A stretch of DNA of 62,527 nt, the filler included, from Basidioascus undulatus (lineage: Eukaryota): the NCBI GenBank assembly GCA_000826855.1. It is 5 parts of 5 records of this genome, joined end to end, with 100 filler letters (N's around TTAATTAATTAA, not from the genome) between each part and the next. Parts side by side here need not be neighbours in the genome. Positions count along the whole stretch, not along the records: positions 1 to 8,304 come from JTLS01001407.1; positions 8,405 to 16,719 come from JTLS01001408.1; 3 more parts are not named here. One strand, written 5' to 3'. Under the pieces are notes generated by a model. The model worked only from the letters and a program-made list of their open reading frames with translations. It searched no databases and was not told the origin of the DNA. The first letter of the stretch is position 1. Each line of letters opens with the position of its first letter. Shown here piece after piece: positions 1 to 12,940 of the stretch. A program made the translations under genes and the position numbers.

Positions 1-1875
1 TGGAAGGAGAGGAGGAGGAGGAAGAGGGGAGCGTTTTTGACGCGGGGGAGGAGGAGGTGGTGGTGGTGTTGGAGGAGGGGGAGGACGAGGATGGCGAGTT
101 CGAGCTTGATCCGGAGTTCGAGCCGCCACGAAAGTCACCTAGAGGACCGCCCCGGATGAAGCGCGAGAGTGAGAGCGCGAGCGCCGCGCCACCGAGCCCG
201 AGCAGGCGGCTGTCTGTGCGCGCGGCGCCCCCGCCGGCGGACGCGGATGGGCATGGGAAGTATGTGGAGCGCGGCGGTGGGGGATCGGCCGAGGTGCGTC
301 CAGTCTTCGTCTTGGCCGGTGAGAGGGAGGCCCGGGGTGCTGAGTGCAGGGGAGGGCCGGATAGTTCGCGGGCACGTCCTGCCACCAATGTCGACGCCGC
401 TCGGACAAGAAGAAGCTTGGGTGCGCGCGTTGCGCGATGCTGTTTTGCGATTCGTGCTTGCTTATCCGGTGCGTAGCCCTTTCCCACTCCAACGCGATGT
501 CTTCGCCCACTGTCCCATCTTTCATTTCGCAACATTCCGCCTGGCCTTTCCCCGCCTGACCTTGGAACCTCGCGTTCTCCCACCTCCCTTGTTTCACCTC
601 GTCTTCGGCCACCTCACTTCTTCATCCTCACTTCTTCATCTCTCCTTCTTCACCTCCCCTTCTTTCTCGCAACCTCACGTTCTCCCTACTTGCCCAGGGT
701 CCGACTCACCAAGTACTGTGCTGTTTGCTGTCCGCAGATACGGCGTCGACCTGTCCCAAACTCTCCCCTCCGACTGGACGTGCCCCAAGTGCGAGGGCGA
801 CTGCAACTGCAGCGTATGCATGCGTTCCAACGGCCTCGGCCGGATCCTCGACGGCATCGCGCACGCGCAGGGCCGGCAGCGCGCCGTCATGTCGACCCTC
901 CTCCAGGCCGCGGGCGTGTCCAACGTGCGCGAGCTGTTCCGTGTGCTCGGCACCAACGACGTCGGCGGCGTGGTACGCACTGCGCGCGAGCTGCTCGGGA
1001 AGCCCAAGGGTGCCGTCAAGGTCAAGACGGAGGGCACGCCGAGGAAGGGGAAGGGGAAAGGGAAAGGGAGGAAGAGCGTCCCTGCCCCCTTCCCCGTCGA
1101 CCCGCACGGCGAGCCGACCGCAGTCGACCGCACCCGCGTCGTCCGTCGCGTAGACGACACCGCGTATATGCGGACGCTCCCGCCGATCCCGCCCGTGTCC
1201 GGGGCCGCGTTCGTCCCCTCCCTCGCCTCGCTCTACCTCGACACGGCGACCGCGGACGGGCGCCCGCCGCACAAGCGCAAGCGCCCGAAGTGGAAGGGCC
1301 CTCCGCCGCCCGCGATGCCCACGCCCTCGCCCGAACCGGGGCCGTCTAGGTTCTTGGGCGCGTTCGTGCCTGTGCCGGCGCTCCAGGAGGACGGGGGCGA
1401 GGGAGAGCCAGGGGAGGAGGGCAGACAGCCGTACTGGGGCGAGGAGGGGTACTTCCTGGTCGTGGGCAAGGACGATGAGGACGACGACGAGGCCGACCGC
1501 GCGCGCGAGCCCACTCTCGTCCCCACCGCGTCCTACTCGCCGCGCTTCGACCCCGCGCCGGGCGCGGGGCTCGGCCTGACGGGCCTAGGCTCGGAACCTG
1601 CGGGCGGGCTCATGGCGTTCCACCAGCACCCCGCGCTCTCGTATCCGACGCCAGAGGACGACCCCCCGCCTCCGCCGCCGCCGCAGCACGAGGACGCGTT
1701 CGGCACGAGGCCCGTGGAGCTCTTCGGCGCGGGCGTGGACCTCGCGCCCCTTGCGGACTGGGCGGCCGCGACGGGGGTGGGGCAGGGGCCGCACACCCGG
1801 CCCAGTCCCGAGCTCATCTCCGCGTTCAAGGCGCTCGACGAACTCGCCTTGCCGAGCGGTTACGACTTGTCCTGA
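1..1875 (+). CDS. zf-4CXXC_R1 (CDCA7/R1-type) zinc-finger protein, 5'-partial
   Basis: Splicing introns 294-364 and 469-737 (GT..AG) joins an acidic low-complexity N-terminus to FAGTSCHQCRRRSDKKKLGCARCAMLFCDSCLLIR|YGVDLSQTLPSDWTCPKCEGDCNCSVCMR, the four-CXXC pattern of zf-4CXXC_R1. Stop TGA at 1873-1875; start lies upstream of the window. Confidence 0.85.
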
Positions 1876-2727
1876 CCCTTGCCCATGCCTACCCCGTTCC
1901 CGTTCCATTCTTTTCCGTCATACGCACCCTTAGATTTTCCCCTCCCCTTATAACATCTCATATGCACCGCCCACTACACCGAATTATTCCCCTCTCCTTC
2001 CCGTTCCGTCTACCCGCAGTTCTACCGGACAAAAATGAGCTACTTGCTTGCACTTGCCCCTTGCCCCTTGCCCCTTCGCTTCTTGGTCCAACTCAAGCGA
2101 CGAGCGCGTGTACTGTTTCACCGAAGAATACTCCTGTTGCTGTTGCTTGCACATTGCCTGCTGCTCTCCACTGCTTGTGTTCGGGTATTTGGCTACGTGC
2201 GACTGGAAACTTTGCCGGGTGGCCCCCCAATGCATTTGTCGCGGTGAAGCACGGTGATGGTTCAGTGCCGCACGGCGTGCGTTGCTCTTTCAAATGGGGC
2301 GCTCGCATGCGTTCAGGACACTCTGCGCTGGGGTTGTCATCGGCGCAATTTGCCAAACGAATCTGTTTTCGACAGCTTGTGTAACGCTTCCATGAGTGGG
2401 GAATGCGATGGGTATCATGCGAACGTGACTACAATGCGGTTATGCAAGTGGGGATGCGGCGCGAATAACACGGGTAAAGGATGTGGAGACAGTGTATAAG
2501 AATGAAGAGAAGGGAAACGACGAGGTACGGGATCGTCCGCCAGGATGCCCTTCTCCCCTAGCGTCGAGACTGTCGACGATGCTGCGCAGGCGAGACGCAG
2601 CATCCAGCCCGTCGCTCTGGTAGTCCTTGCGATCTCGTTCTGCGCACAGCCGGTCAGTTCGGGATCTGAAGAGAGAAAGGAACGAATGTCAGTCACGCAC
2701 CAGTCCGAACCCGCTCTCTCGCCGAAT

Positions 2728-4695
2728 TCACGCGCCGCTGCAGCGCGGTGCTCGCAGACCGTGGCTCTGGAAGACCTTCTTGGACTCGACCTTCTTGCGG
2801 TCATACGCCCCTTCGACATCGCCATCCGTCACGCGCCCCCCGCGACTTTGTTCGCGAGCCCAAGAAGGGCGTACGCGCCCTCGTGGTCGAGCAGCGGGGG
2901 CAGAGCAGGACAACGTGGTAGCGGCGGGGGCGACGCGCGTTGTTGCTTCGGGGGAAGTTGCGAGCGTGCGGAAAAGGAGGAGGCGGCATTGAGCACGGGT
3001 CTCACGCCCAGTGCAGCTCGCGGCGAGGGGTTCATTCGGCGGCGGCGGCGGCGGCGGCGGCTGAGGCGGAGTGACGCGTTGCAGCCGTCGGGTGCTGAGG
3101 TTGGCTTGAGCGACGCGCAGCCGAGCCTGGCGCAGCTCGCTCATCCAGACGGGCAACGGCGGGTTGTCGGTCTTCAGCTGCAGGTGACGAGTGTAGTTCC
3201 TGGCAGACTGTTATGAGCGTGCTGGTGTGTCTGCAAAGTGGAAAGTCATGAAACACTCACAGGGTGTCCATGTACTCGCCAAATTCTTTCGGCTCCACCG
3301 CGCCCGTCTCCGTGTTCCGGTAACGACTCGGCCCGTGAAGCGTACGTATCGCGTTCGACGTCCAGTCCACGCCGGTCGCGTCTGTGCGGCTGTACAGCTG
3401 CTTGCGCATAAGCTCCGACAATGCGCCGGCCATAGCAACCCGCGCTGCCCGTCTGCATGGAAAGGCGTCTTCAGTACAGCTTTTCTGGCACAAGGGAACG
3501 TTGCAGGCCGTACCCTTCCCAGCGATATATTGCCGTTCCAGGGTTTGCCTCGAACTGATCGGCTGCAACGCGGCTCAGCACTACGTTCACCTCCTCTGCG
3601 TGCGGATCGAGGTGGCGGTTGAAACGGCTCTCGTATCCGCGAGTGCGCCCGAAGAAGTCGTTCCCACTTCCCGCGTTCTCCTTCAGATCGAGCAAGGTCG
3701 TCTCTGTGAGCAATATTCGCTCCCCTTCCGTGCCATCATCGCGAGTGGTCCGCCACCAGTCGCCGGTGGAACTCGAAGTTGATCGAGAAAATTCGGGCAG
3801 CGAGGGCGGCGGGAGGGTGAAGGAAGGAAACGGTGAATCGAGGAGGCAGGGTGGCAGCGAGAGGCGTTCGAGGTCGGCAAGTCGGAGACCTTTCGGTAAA
3901 GGGAGGGATCGCGAGGAAGTTCGAGCGTAGATCTTGTATGATCCAATTATCAGTGTCCGATCGATGTGTAGGTACAACCAATTGAGTAGACTGACGAGGA
4001 AGGCAAGATGCCGAGAGCCGCCAGGCACGGGAAGCCCGGAAAGAGGAGGAGCAGATCTTGTCGAGATTTCATGAATTCTCCGTGCATCGAGCGTTGGCTG
4101 CAGCGATACATGGCCCACGTAAGCCACCTGGGCATGAACGTCGCTTGAAGCGCGAAGTCGCGCGGCGTCTATATGGGAGCCCCGCTCAGTTGCAGGTGCA
4201 CATTTCAAACACCGTGCTCACGCACCTGAGAACCAAGATGTAACTTAATCGCCTCGCCCGCGGACGACTCCAAGTGAACGAATGGCAGAAACGAAATGCG
4301 ATCGATGGGGCCTTCCGGCAGCGAGAGCGAGCGGACCGGCTGCGAAGCGCTGTGGGTGAAGCCTCGCCCGCTCGTACGAGATTCGAGAAGAAGTCGCGGA
4401 CGTTTGCGGTGTCAATGCAGCGCCACGGTGAGTACGAGAATGTCCGAGAGAAAAACACGAGAAAGCGAAGGAGGAAGACGGACACAACGCACGTGACCTA
4501 AAGGGACGTCGCTTCTTAAACCTGAAAGCGTAAAGGTGTGTTTCTGACCTCCGAAAGAGATAAAGTGCGCTGCTGTAATGCTCAATCCCAATTGTTGGAG
4601 CAATACGTATACGCCTGCCCGACCCCGACTCGGCGCGCCTTCCGCCCTGCGTTTGTCCTGCGTAGCTCTTGCTCTTCTGCGCCAACCAAGCCCAT
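2728..4695 (-). pseudogene. Multi-exon hypothetical gene, possibly interrupted by an in-frame TAA
   Basis: ATG at 4695 and several GT..AG introns link ORF segments 3471-4208 and 3257-3568. After a putative GC-AG intron (3279-3231) the frame hits TAA at 3213-3211, then continues as ORF 2728-3156. No domain recognised. Confidence 0.35.
3037..3060. repeat. (CGG)8 microsatellite
   Basis: Perfect trinucleotide run; reads as poly-Pro in the minus-strand ORF 2728-3156. Confidence 0.9.
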
Positions 4696-4946
4696 GGCAG
4701 ACGATACGCTGCTGATAATTAGAAGCCAATTTAGTGCGGGCAGGTTGCTATATCAGCAGCGTAGTACAAGAGTTATGTAGACGCGATGTTTTCTTTGTGA
4801 CCACAATCTTCAAAGTTTCCTCACTACAACGCCAGCTCGTACATCTTCTCATCTCGATGCGGATGCGGGATGCGAATAAGATGGCGAAAAACAACATGTA
4901 GAACAATCGAAGTCAAAGCTCTCCTGAAAAACGTCCCCAGGCTCAT

Positions 4947-7037
4947 CTACCCATCGACCTTCATCTCCGCGTCCCCATCGGGCTGCGCCGGCCCCTCCCC
5001 GTCCTCCTTCCCCTCGCTCCAGAGCTCCACACTCCTCTCAAAGTATCTGTTCGGGTGCTGGACGCTCTCGCCGCCGCCGAGTCCCTCGCCCTTGCGCGCG
5101 CCGCGCTCGGCGTGCGTGATCTCGAACACGCGCGTGCACGCGACGTGGAAGTGGCTCGCCTTCACCGCGTTCGTGATCTCTGCGAGGTCGGCCTTGTCTG
5201 TTATGCGGTACTGCACTTGCAGGAGGGAGAGCAGGTTCTCGGGCGAGTAGTGCCGGAAGGGACAGCCGTGTGTGTCTTGCGGGCCGGGCGCGTTCCCGGT
5301 CAGGATCTGCTGACAGCTGTGGGGACGAAGAGAGGTGGAAAGAAGGCCACAACGTTTGTCAGTGGGCGGCAGGCGCGGGTTGGAAAGAGGGCAGGACGAA
5401 CGATCTGGGAGCGTAGGTCCGGCGGCTGCCCTCCAGCCCGTAGGAATGCCGGATGTTGTACTTGTATTCCTTGTTGAATTTGTCGTCCGTCATCGTCCCG
5501 CCGTAGCCCTTCCTCCAGAACACGATCGCCTCCTCGACCGACAGCCCGATGGCCTGCCGCCGGCGCCGCACCCCAGGCGTCAGTACCCCTTTCTCTCTCT
5601 TGCGCACATATCACTGCCTCCTTGACAAAACGCACCTTGAGGAAGAGCGTGTACTGCAATCGCCCCATGTGCCGGAGGTGGCGCTTGGTGCGGAGCGTGT
5701 CGTGCAGCGTGCGCATGCACACCGGGAAGTGCTTCGCGAGCGCGTCGACCATGTCGGCCGTGACGATGCGCCCGCCGTTCGCGGCGACTTGCGGGTCGTA
5801 CGTCTCGGATGACAGGCCGGCGAGGAAGGACATTGATAGGTGCGAGAGGACGGGGAGCAGGCGCGTGTCCTCGTCGAGGCGGGGGAGGGACTTGGCGGTC
5901 AACTGCCGGGGAGTTGAGGTGAGTGGGTGAGGAGCGGGGGAAGGGACAAGGAAGAAAGGAAGGACGCACCTCGAGAGCGGCGGATAGGCGCGAGGTGAAC
6001 TCGTTCAGGACGAGCGAGGTCTGCTCGCGCATGGGCACATACGCGAAGCCAGCTTTGACGAAGACGCGTCGCCGCTCGACGAGCTCGGGTACGCGTGTCC
6101 ACTTGACCTACATGACAGCTTTCCCTGTGAGCGTGATACGCAAGGGAGGGCGAACTGTTGGATGCACCTTGAACAGCACCTCCGAGGGGAGCGTCTTGGC
6201 GAGCGACGGCGTCACGGCGATCAGGTTGGCGGCATGGGCGTCCTTCTCCTCCTGCGTGATCTGCAGTCCAAAAGCACCAATGCCGCGTGAGTTCATAGCT
6301 GTGGTCCACGTACTCCGGCATACGCACAATCTTCCAGTCGAAATTGAGCGAGGATAGGAACGCCTGCCGCTCCTGGGGGGTGTCGCTCTCGAAGCGGACC
6401 CGGAACAGCGCCGTCTCGGCCTTGATGAACCGTCTCCTCAGCTCCTCCCTATCACCACCCATCCAGCAATCAGCACCACAGAGCCCTCCTTAACCACACA
6501 CCAGAAACCAAAAGAGAGAGACGCACGAGCGACAGAACGCGAGCCGCAAGACAAAGTGCGAGACGTGGTCCTTCCTCCGCTCCTCGTCGAGGTCGACGCG
6601 CGCCGAGTTCGGCGACAGCGGGAGGTACTTCTTGCACTGCGCGCCGATCACGGTGCGGATCTCCTCGAGCGAGCGGTTGCGGATCTGGGACGCCTCGATC
6701 TCGGCAAGGACTGTGGTCCTCGGTTTCAGCTGGCGCCTCCCTCCCTCCCGCCATGCTTCACCGCTCGCTGGGATGAGACGCACCTTTCAACCGGTCTATC
6801 GCCCATGACTCAAACTCCTCCAAGGTGACTTCAAGCAAAGGTGGGGCCGAATAGCTGTACGCCGCGGTCCAGCGAGTCAGAGGTACGCCGCCAGCATGAG
6901 GAGGAAGGGAGAAGGCGGGCGGACAAGTTGAGCCTGTGCGGGTACTTTACGCCCTTTGTCGGGTGTCGCGATACCTCGAGTTGCCCTGCGATGTTGGAGT
7001 TCCGCGGTTGGCGTGGTGTAGAGCGCGTAGAAAACAT
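4947..7037 (-). CDS. PRI2: DNA primase large subunit
   Basis: Spliced product MFSTRS...YPHRLNFY...TLEEFESWAIDRLKVLAEIE...RRKDHVSHFVLRLAFCRS...HFPVCMR...HMGRLQYTLFLK...YKYNIRHSYGLEG...RSCQQI...HGCPFRH...HVACTRVFE...HPNRYFERS. The four Fe-S cysteines are present; stop TAG at 4949-4947. Confidence 0.96.
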
Positions 7038-8304
7038 GGCTGGTGTGGAATGGGTGCGGGGGAAGGGAGGAGGGTACAAATCAAAGGTGGGTTGGAGAAC
7101 GCGTCGACGCGACCTCATCAAGTCGCGTTCTCGCATCTGCAACAACCGTAACCCCGTGCCTGCGCTCGGGGGGCGGCCAAAGTGCAAACCCGCCAGGTCT
7201 TCCTCCTTCCTCTTTAACCACACCGCTACTTATATCTCCCTCGCATGTCCTCATCGGAATCGTGCGTGGCGGCCATTGTGGTAGCGCAGACGGACTCTAC
7301 AGTGCACCCTGAGAAGGCGGACTGAGCATCGCTGGGCTTTGTACCAGGGGAGGTCGCGGCTGGTTTATTGGGGCATACATCACGCATCGTCTTCTCGCGC
7401 TTTTCACTATCAGATTGATCGAGATTGATGTACTTCTGTTTTCCATGGGCGTGAGGATGTAAGGGATGCTTGAGACGTGAGTGTCTGCTGGTCAGTTCTT
7501 GGCGCTCAACCGGTGAGAAGACCGTGTCCGGCCCAAGCGTAACGAGGGCAAATGCGAACTTATCTATCTCAGAGCCTGACATGCAAACTCGAGATATGAG
7601 TCGTGGGCAACAGAGAGAAGGGTCGAAGAGGCAGAGGCTGGGACGGTTTCTACGCTACCTGCTTCCTGCCCGCGCATTGCTTGCCGCAAGTCGGAGTGCA
7701 GCCGTCCTACATCAAACAGCATCGAACTGACCATTGGCCTGATGAATGCATCCTGATGTTTAGGCATGAGCACAATCGACAGCAGGGCACCTTCATTCGC
7801 GTCTCCCTGGTCTTCAATCGTCTCTACGGCCGTAACCCCTCGCACATGCTTCTCGCCCACCCAACTGAACGAACTGCTACCAAAGCCAAGATAACTTACC
7901 TAGCGTGCAAGAGCGCACCCAACGCCGGCGCCATTCGCCCCGTCTCTTTCCTGTGGCTCCACACCAAACAATAGACCAGGCTCCCAGACCTCTCACCGAA
8001 GACAATGTCAACCAAGATGCGATATGTGATCGATGCTCCCAAACAAAGTGTACCCTTGATAACCATACAGCCATACAAAAAAATGCTACGAGCCATGCCT
8101 GTGACAAATGCTGTGTGAATTGGGTGGAAGTGTACGGTGTTCGAAACGCGAAAGAAAGAAATCAAGACAATAAAAGCGCTAAACGACCTTCTTTCTCTTG
8201 CCAGGTCTACTTGTACCTCCTCCTGCTCTTACCTGTCCCCCCGCACCGACAAGCATCAGCATTCCGCGACGTCAACGCACGAAAACGCGCAGAGGCAGAA
8301 GAGT

Positions 8305-8404
8305 NNNNNNNNNNNNNNNNNNNNNNNNNNNNNNNNNNNNNNNNNNNNTTAATTAATTAANNNNNNNNNNNNNNNNNNNNNNNNNNNNNNNNNNNNNNNN
8401 NNNN
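8305..8404. other. Artificial contig linker
   Basis: N44-TTAATTAATTAA-N44, giving stop codons in all six frames. Confidence 0.99.
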
Positions 8405-10253
8405 ACCAGGGTTTTTTTTTTTTTTTGCTCTGTACTGTTGCGAACATCGGTCCGAGATAATACGAGTCGATAGTGAACTGCTCGGAGGTCAGCACACACA
8501 ACACAGTGAGGAGACGGATGCGCAAGGAACTGGCAGCCGGCAGCGTGACCACTGGCTGAGCGAACACTCGTTGTACATCAGTCTAATCGCTTCCCTCCAT
8601 GTAAAAGGTGATTTTCTGAAGGAAGCGAGCTTTCTCCGTTCCATCAACCATCACAGGAACGTGCTCCGCCTTCATCTTTCACTGGCTTGCCGCTTGCGTC
8701 AAGCTGGGCGTCCGAGCGAGCGCTGGTGCACTGATGCACTCAGGATGCACTGGTCTCTGAACGTGCGGTCTTGTTTCCTAGCTAATTTGTGAGGGGAGAT
8801 GGCTTGCTTCTGCTGGTAAATGGGCTGTAATACATACCACAAAGCGGGAGGATGTCGTATCGCTGCCTCGAAGGCCGGAGATTGCTGAGGGCGCCGGGGG
8901 GTATGCCGGACGCAAACTCAGCACTCACGACCGGTCCTTTGTGGCTGCTGTTTCGCTGTTGGGTCCGGCCAAGTTAATGATTTAGCTTGAAGCGTCCGGA
9001 ACTTGGCAATTTCACTGAGAACGATCTGTTAGTATCTCCCTGCAAGGCACTATACGACTGAGGACCATTCCTGGAGAGATCGCGGATGGACAGGTTTCGA
9101 ATGTAATACCGACTCAAGGCAAGCTGTTCCTAAGCTGGGACACCGATACAGTACACCAAACGTCCCGGGTACACCTCTTACATATGACCGAGACCCAACT
9201 TCCTTCTCAGGAGAGGTCGATGGCCTCACGTCGAGCACCAGCCGAAGCACCCCCAGCCCTCGCAGAAGTGTCATTGCAGTATGTCATTCAATTCAGAGCT
9301 GGGGACGCGGTGCTCGCCGGCCGTGACTCCTGGGAGTACGAGGCAGGAGGAAGCGTCGGGCCGCTGCAGTCATTTCCGTGTCGTCCCGCTGGCATGGACG
9401 TGTTCACAGCTGTATCTTGCTCACACAGATGCATTCACAGGCCGTTGCTCGAACACGGTCCTGCTGCTCGTCGAGGCTATGCTTCAGCCGGTCTGTTGAA
9501 ATCATTTTGTGGTTTCAATGTCAGAAAAGACTGAAGTGAAGGCAACAGGTAGCGCAAGCAGGTCTGCCATTGCACATTTTGCAGCTGTTTTCCTGTTCGC
9601 CAGCTGAAACACCCACAAGTTTGCTTGAGGTGAGTGCTTGGCATACTTCGTCTGCTTATATTTCCAGACAGATTCCGCACCGTCTGCGAGAGGGTAAAGG
9701 GGGGCCGTTCCGCCGATGGCAGCTCCTAAGGCTTCCAAGTTCTGAGCCCGGCGTTAGCGCTCGTTTACATGCACTTACAGACCGTTGCCTAGGGAATGAT
9801 TCTGAGCTGATTTTGAGCCAGAACAGCTCGTCATACACCAATGGGCACCGAATGGGCACCGATGCAATGTAATTTTCTTGTATTTTCCTGCCACGCGAAA
9901 TGCGCGACGCGTCGGGTGGAGGGAATCGTTGTCGGGGCGCGGCAAGTCGAGCCGAGCAGCACGGCGGCCGCGGACAATTGGCCGACTGCGATGCGACAGG
10001 CCCGTGCAGCAATCGTCTGATTTTTGTGCAGTCGATTGCCCTCCGTTGCAGTGGCTTTCTCGCGGGACCCGCTGACGAACCTCAGTGTGCGATCTTGACA
10101 GCTTCGTGCGTCCTCGAGGTGCTCGGCAGGCGCGTTCTCGTCCTCGCTTTTCTAACGTCCCTCATCATCACCCACACCGGCAGCGGTCCTCCCTCCTTTC
10201 TCCTTCTCCTCCTCTCCCCCGCTTTCTCCCCGCGGACGATAGCGGAAACGGCC

Positions 10254-12455
10254 ATGGACGCAGCCTACCTCTCTCCCAACGCCTCGGCTCCCTCCCCAGC
10301 CGTCGGCGTCCCGACCTTCTTGGCCTCCATCCTGGGCTTCCAGGGCGCTGCGCTCCCCGAGCTTACCTCCCACACCCTCCTGAGCTCCTCGCTCGTCATC
10401 ATCGCATCCCTGCTTTTCCTCGAGCAGGCTGTCTACCGGTACAAGAAGGGCCATCTTCCTGTGCGTCTTCCGGTGGTATCTGAACGGTAGTGCGGGAGGA
10501 AATGTCACTGACGGGATGGACATGTTACACAGGGCCCCTCTTGGACTATCCCTATTATTGGTCGTTTCGCGGACAGCCTGAACCCCACATTGGAAAATTA
10601 CATGAAGGGATGGAACCTCGGTGACCTGTCCGCTGTGAGCGTGTTCAACATGTGCGTCTTCTTTTTTCTGGCCGAGGCGCGAGGCTGCTCGGGCGAGCGG
10701 GCGGTCTCGTGCTGAAATGACCCCATCTCGAGGCGCGATTGACCTTTTAGTCCTGACTTCGCCCTCACACTCTTATTCGCACAGCTTCATCGTCCAGGCC
10801 GCCAAGAACGAGTACGCACGCAAGATCTTCAACAGCCCCGCCTACGCCGAGCCCTGCCTCGTCGCGTCTGCGAAGAAGGTGCTCGACCCCAACAACTGGT
10901 GCATCTGAGCTTCTGTTTAGCTGGGTTGAAACGGCTGCGCTGGGTGTTGGAATATTGACATTGGGCTCTAATCTCGGCAGGGTGTTCCTGAACGGCAAGG
11001 TTCACGTCGACTACCGCAAAGGTCTTAACGTGCTCTTCACGCGTCGCGCGCTCAGGTGCGTCTTCTTTTCTCGCTGAGAGAGCTACATCCGAGCACTTTC
11101 GGCTGACTTTATCCGCATCCCACCCGTCAGCACCTATCTCCCGATCCAGGAGAAGATCTATCGCAAGTACTTCGTGCAGTGGATGAACGACCCCGCGCCG
11201 GAGGGCCGCGAGTACATGATGCCGATGCGCGACCTCAACATGGAGACATCCTTGCGCGTCTTCTGCGGCAACTACATCCCCGACGCCGCCGCGCAGGACA
11301 TCTCGGACAAGTACTGGCTCATCACGCTCGCGCTCGAGCTCGTCAACTTTCCCTTCGCGTTCCCCGGCACGAAGGTGTACAACGCGATCAAGGCGCGCAA
11401 GATAGCGATCAAGTGGTTCGAGCACGCGTCCGCGCAGTCCAAGATCCGCATGGCCGCGGGCGAGGAGCCCGAGTGCCTCGTCGACCACTGGACCAAGGCG
11501 ATGATCGAGGCGCGCGAGGCGGCCAAGGACGGCGACGAGAGCCACAAGGTCCTTACGCGCGAGTTCAGCGACAACGAGATCGCCCTCGTTGTCCTCTCGT
11601 TCCTCTTCGCCAGCCAGGATGCAATGACGAGCTCGGTCGTCTATCTTTTCCAGCTCCTCGCTGATCATCCGGAGATCCTCGAGAAGGTCCGCGAGGAGCA
11701 GTACCGTGTCCGCAACGGCGACGTCAACACGCCCGTCACACTCGAGATGCTCGACCAGATGACCTACACTCGTGCGACCATCAAGGAGGCCCTCCGTCTT
11801 GCTCCGCCCGTCATCATGGTGCCTTACCTCACGCTCAAGCGTGCGTCTTTTTCTGGCTGTCCCATTGCGCAACGCTTGGCTGACGCTCCGCTCCGTTTCG
11901 CCCTGCCAGCGTTCCCCATCACCCCGGACTACACCGTGCCCAAGGGCACGATGCTCATCCCCTCGATCTACCCGTCCCTGCACGACCCCGAGGTCTACGC
12001 CGACCCCAACGCTTTCATCCCCGAGCGCTGGCTGCCGACGCCCTCTGGTGAGCCGTCCGACGCGGAGAAGGCGACCAAGAACTACCTCGTGTTCGGGTGC
12101 GTACTTCCACGTTTCCGACTGCGTCGCGACTAGGGGGCTGACTAGCGCGCCATTGCTTCAGCTCTGGCCCTCACAACTGCATCGGCAAGGAGTATTCCAT
12201 CCTGCACATGACTTCCGTCATTGGCACCGCGAGCGTCACCATGGACTGGGAGCACAAGATCACCCCGGACAGCAACAAGGTCCAGTGCGTCGCATTTCAC
12301 ACTTCGCTATACCCAGACGGCCACGAACTGACCTCACGCTCACTCGTCCTAGGGTCTTCGCGACCATCTTCCCCAAGGACGGCTTCATCGCCAAGTTCAC
12401 TCGTCGTCCCGGTCAGTTCCCGTCACTCTGCGCATGTTCTGCCCACTTGTGCTGA
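10254..12455 (+). CDS. ERG5: Sterol C-22 desaturase (cytochrome P450 CYP61)
   Basis: LLFLEQAVYRYKKGHLP|GPSWTIPIIGRF, WVFLNGKVHVDYRKGLN, I-helix SFLFASQDAMTS, KEALR (ExxR), FIPERW, and heme motif FG|SGPHNCIG. The last few codons are uncertain (possible terminal intron at 12412). Confidence 0.95.
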
Positions 12456-12940
12456 ACGACACCCGTCTGGCACGCCCTGCAGCTCCCGTCACCGCATAAT
12501 CTGTCTCTTCCCCCCTCCCGTTTCTTTTTCGTAGTTAATCTGTCTTTGCGGACGGACAAAGCATTGGCGTGGCTGTGCACGCCTGCCCCTCACTCGCTCA
12601 CCCGGCATGATACCCTGGTGCCCCGTCACCATACACTCTATTCTAGACAAACCACCGTCCCCGTCCCCTGCCCTTCCTAACTTTGCTTGCTGTTGCGGAT
12701 ACACTTGTGCATATCTGAAACTTGAGCAATTGCGTGCGTGCGGTCTGGAAGAAGAAAATGATAGAGTCGTAATGTAGGTAGACAGAGAGCAGTTGTCGCG
12801 GCTGTGGCCCTCAGGCGGCGGCTGGACAACACGGCGCGCGAAGCTCGCGCGTCTTGAACCTCAATTTCCACGTCTTACTTTCCACCCCGCCGTCTCTTGC
12901 TCGCCACCCGCATTCGTGATATCAGAGCACCTGACTGGAC

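Noticed and set aside
7905..8140. Cys pattern CDRC..C...CDKCC resembling a Zn2Cys6 finger
   Set aside because: The spacing does not fit and no gene structure was found; at most a degraded relic near a contig end.
8349..8360. TTAATTAATTAA palindrome recurring four times
   Set aside because: Artificial six-frame-stop linker between N runs, not biological.
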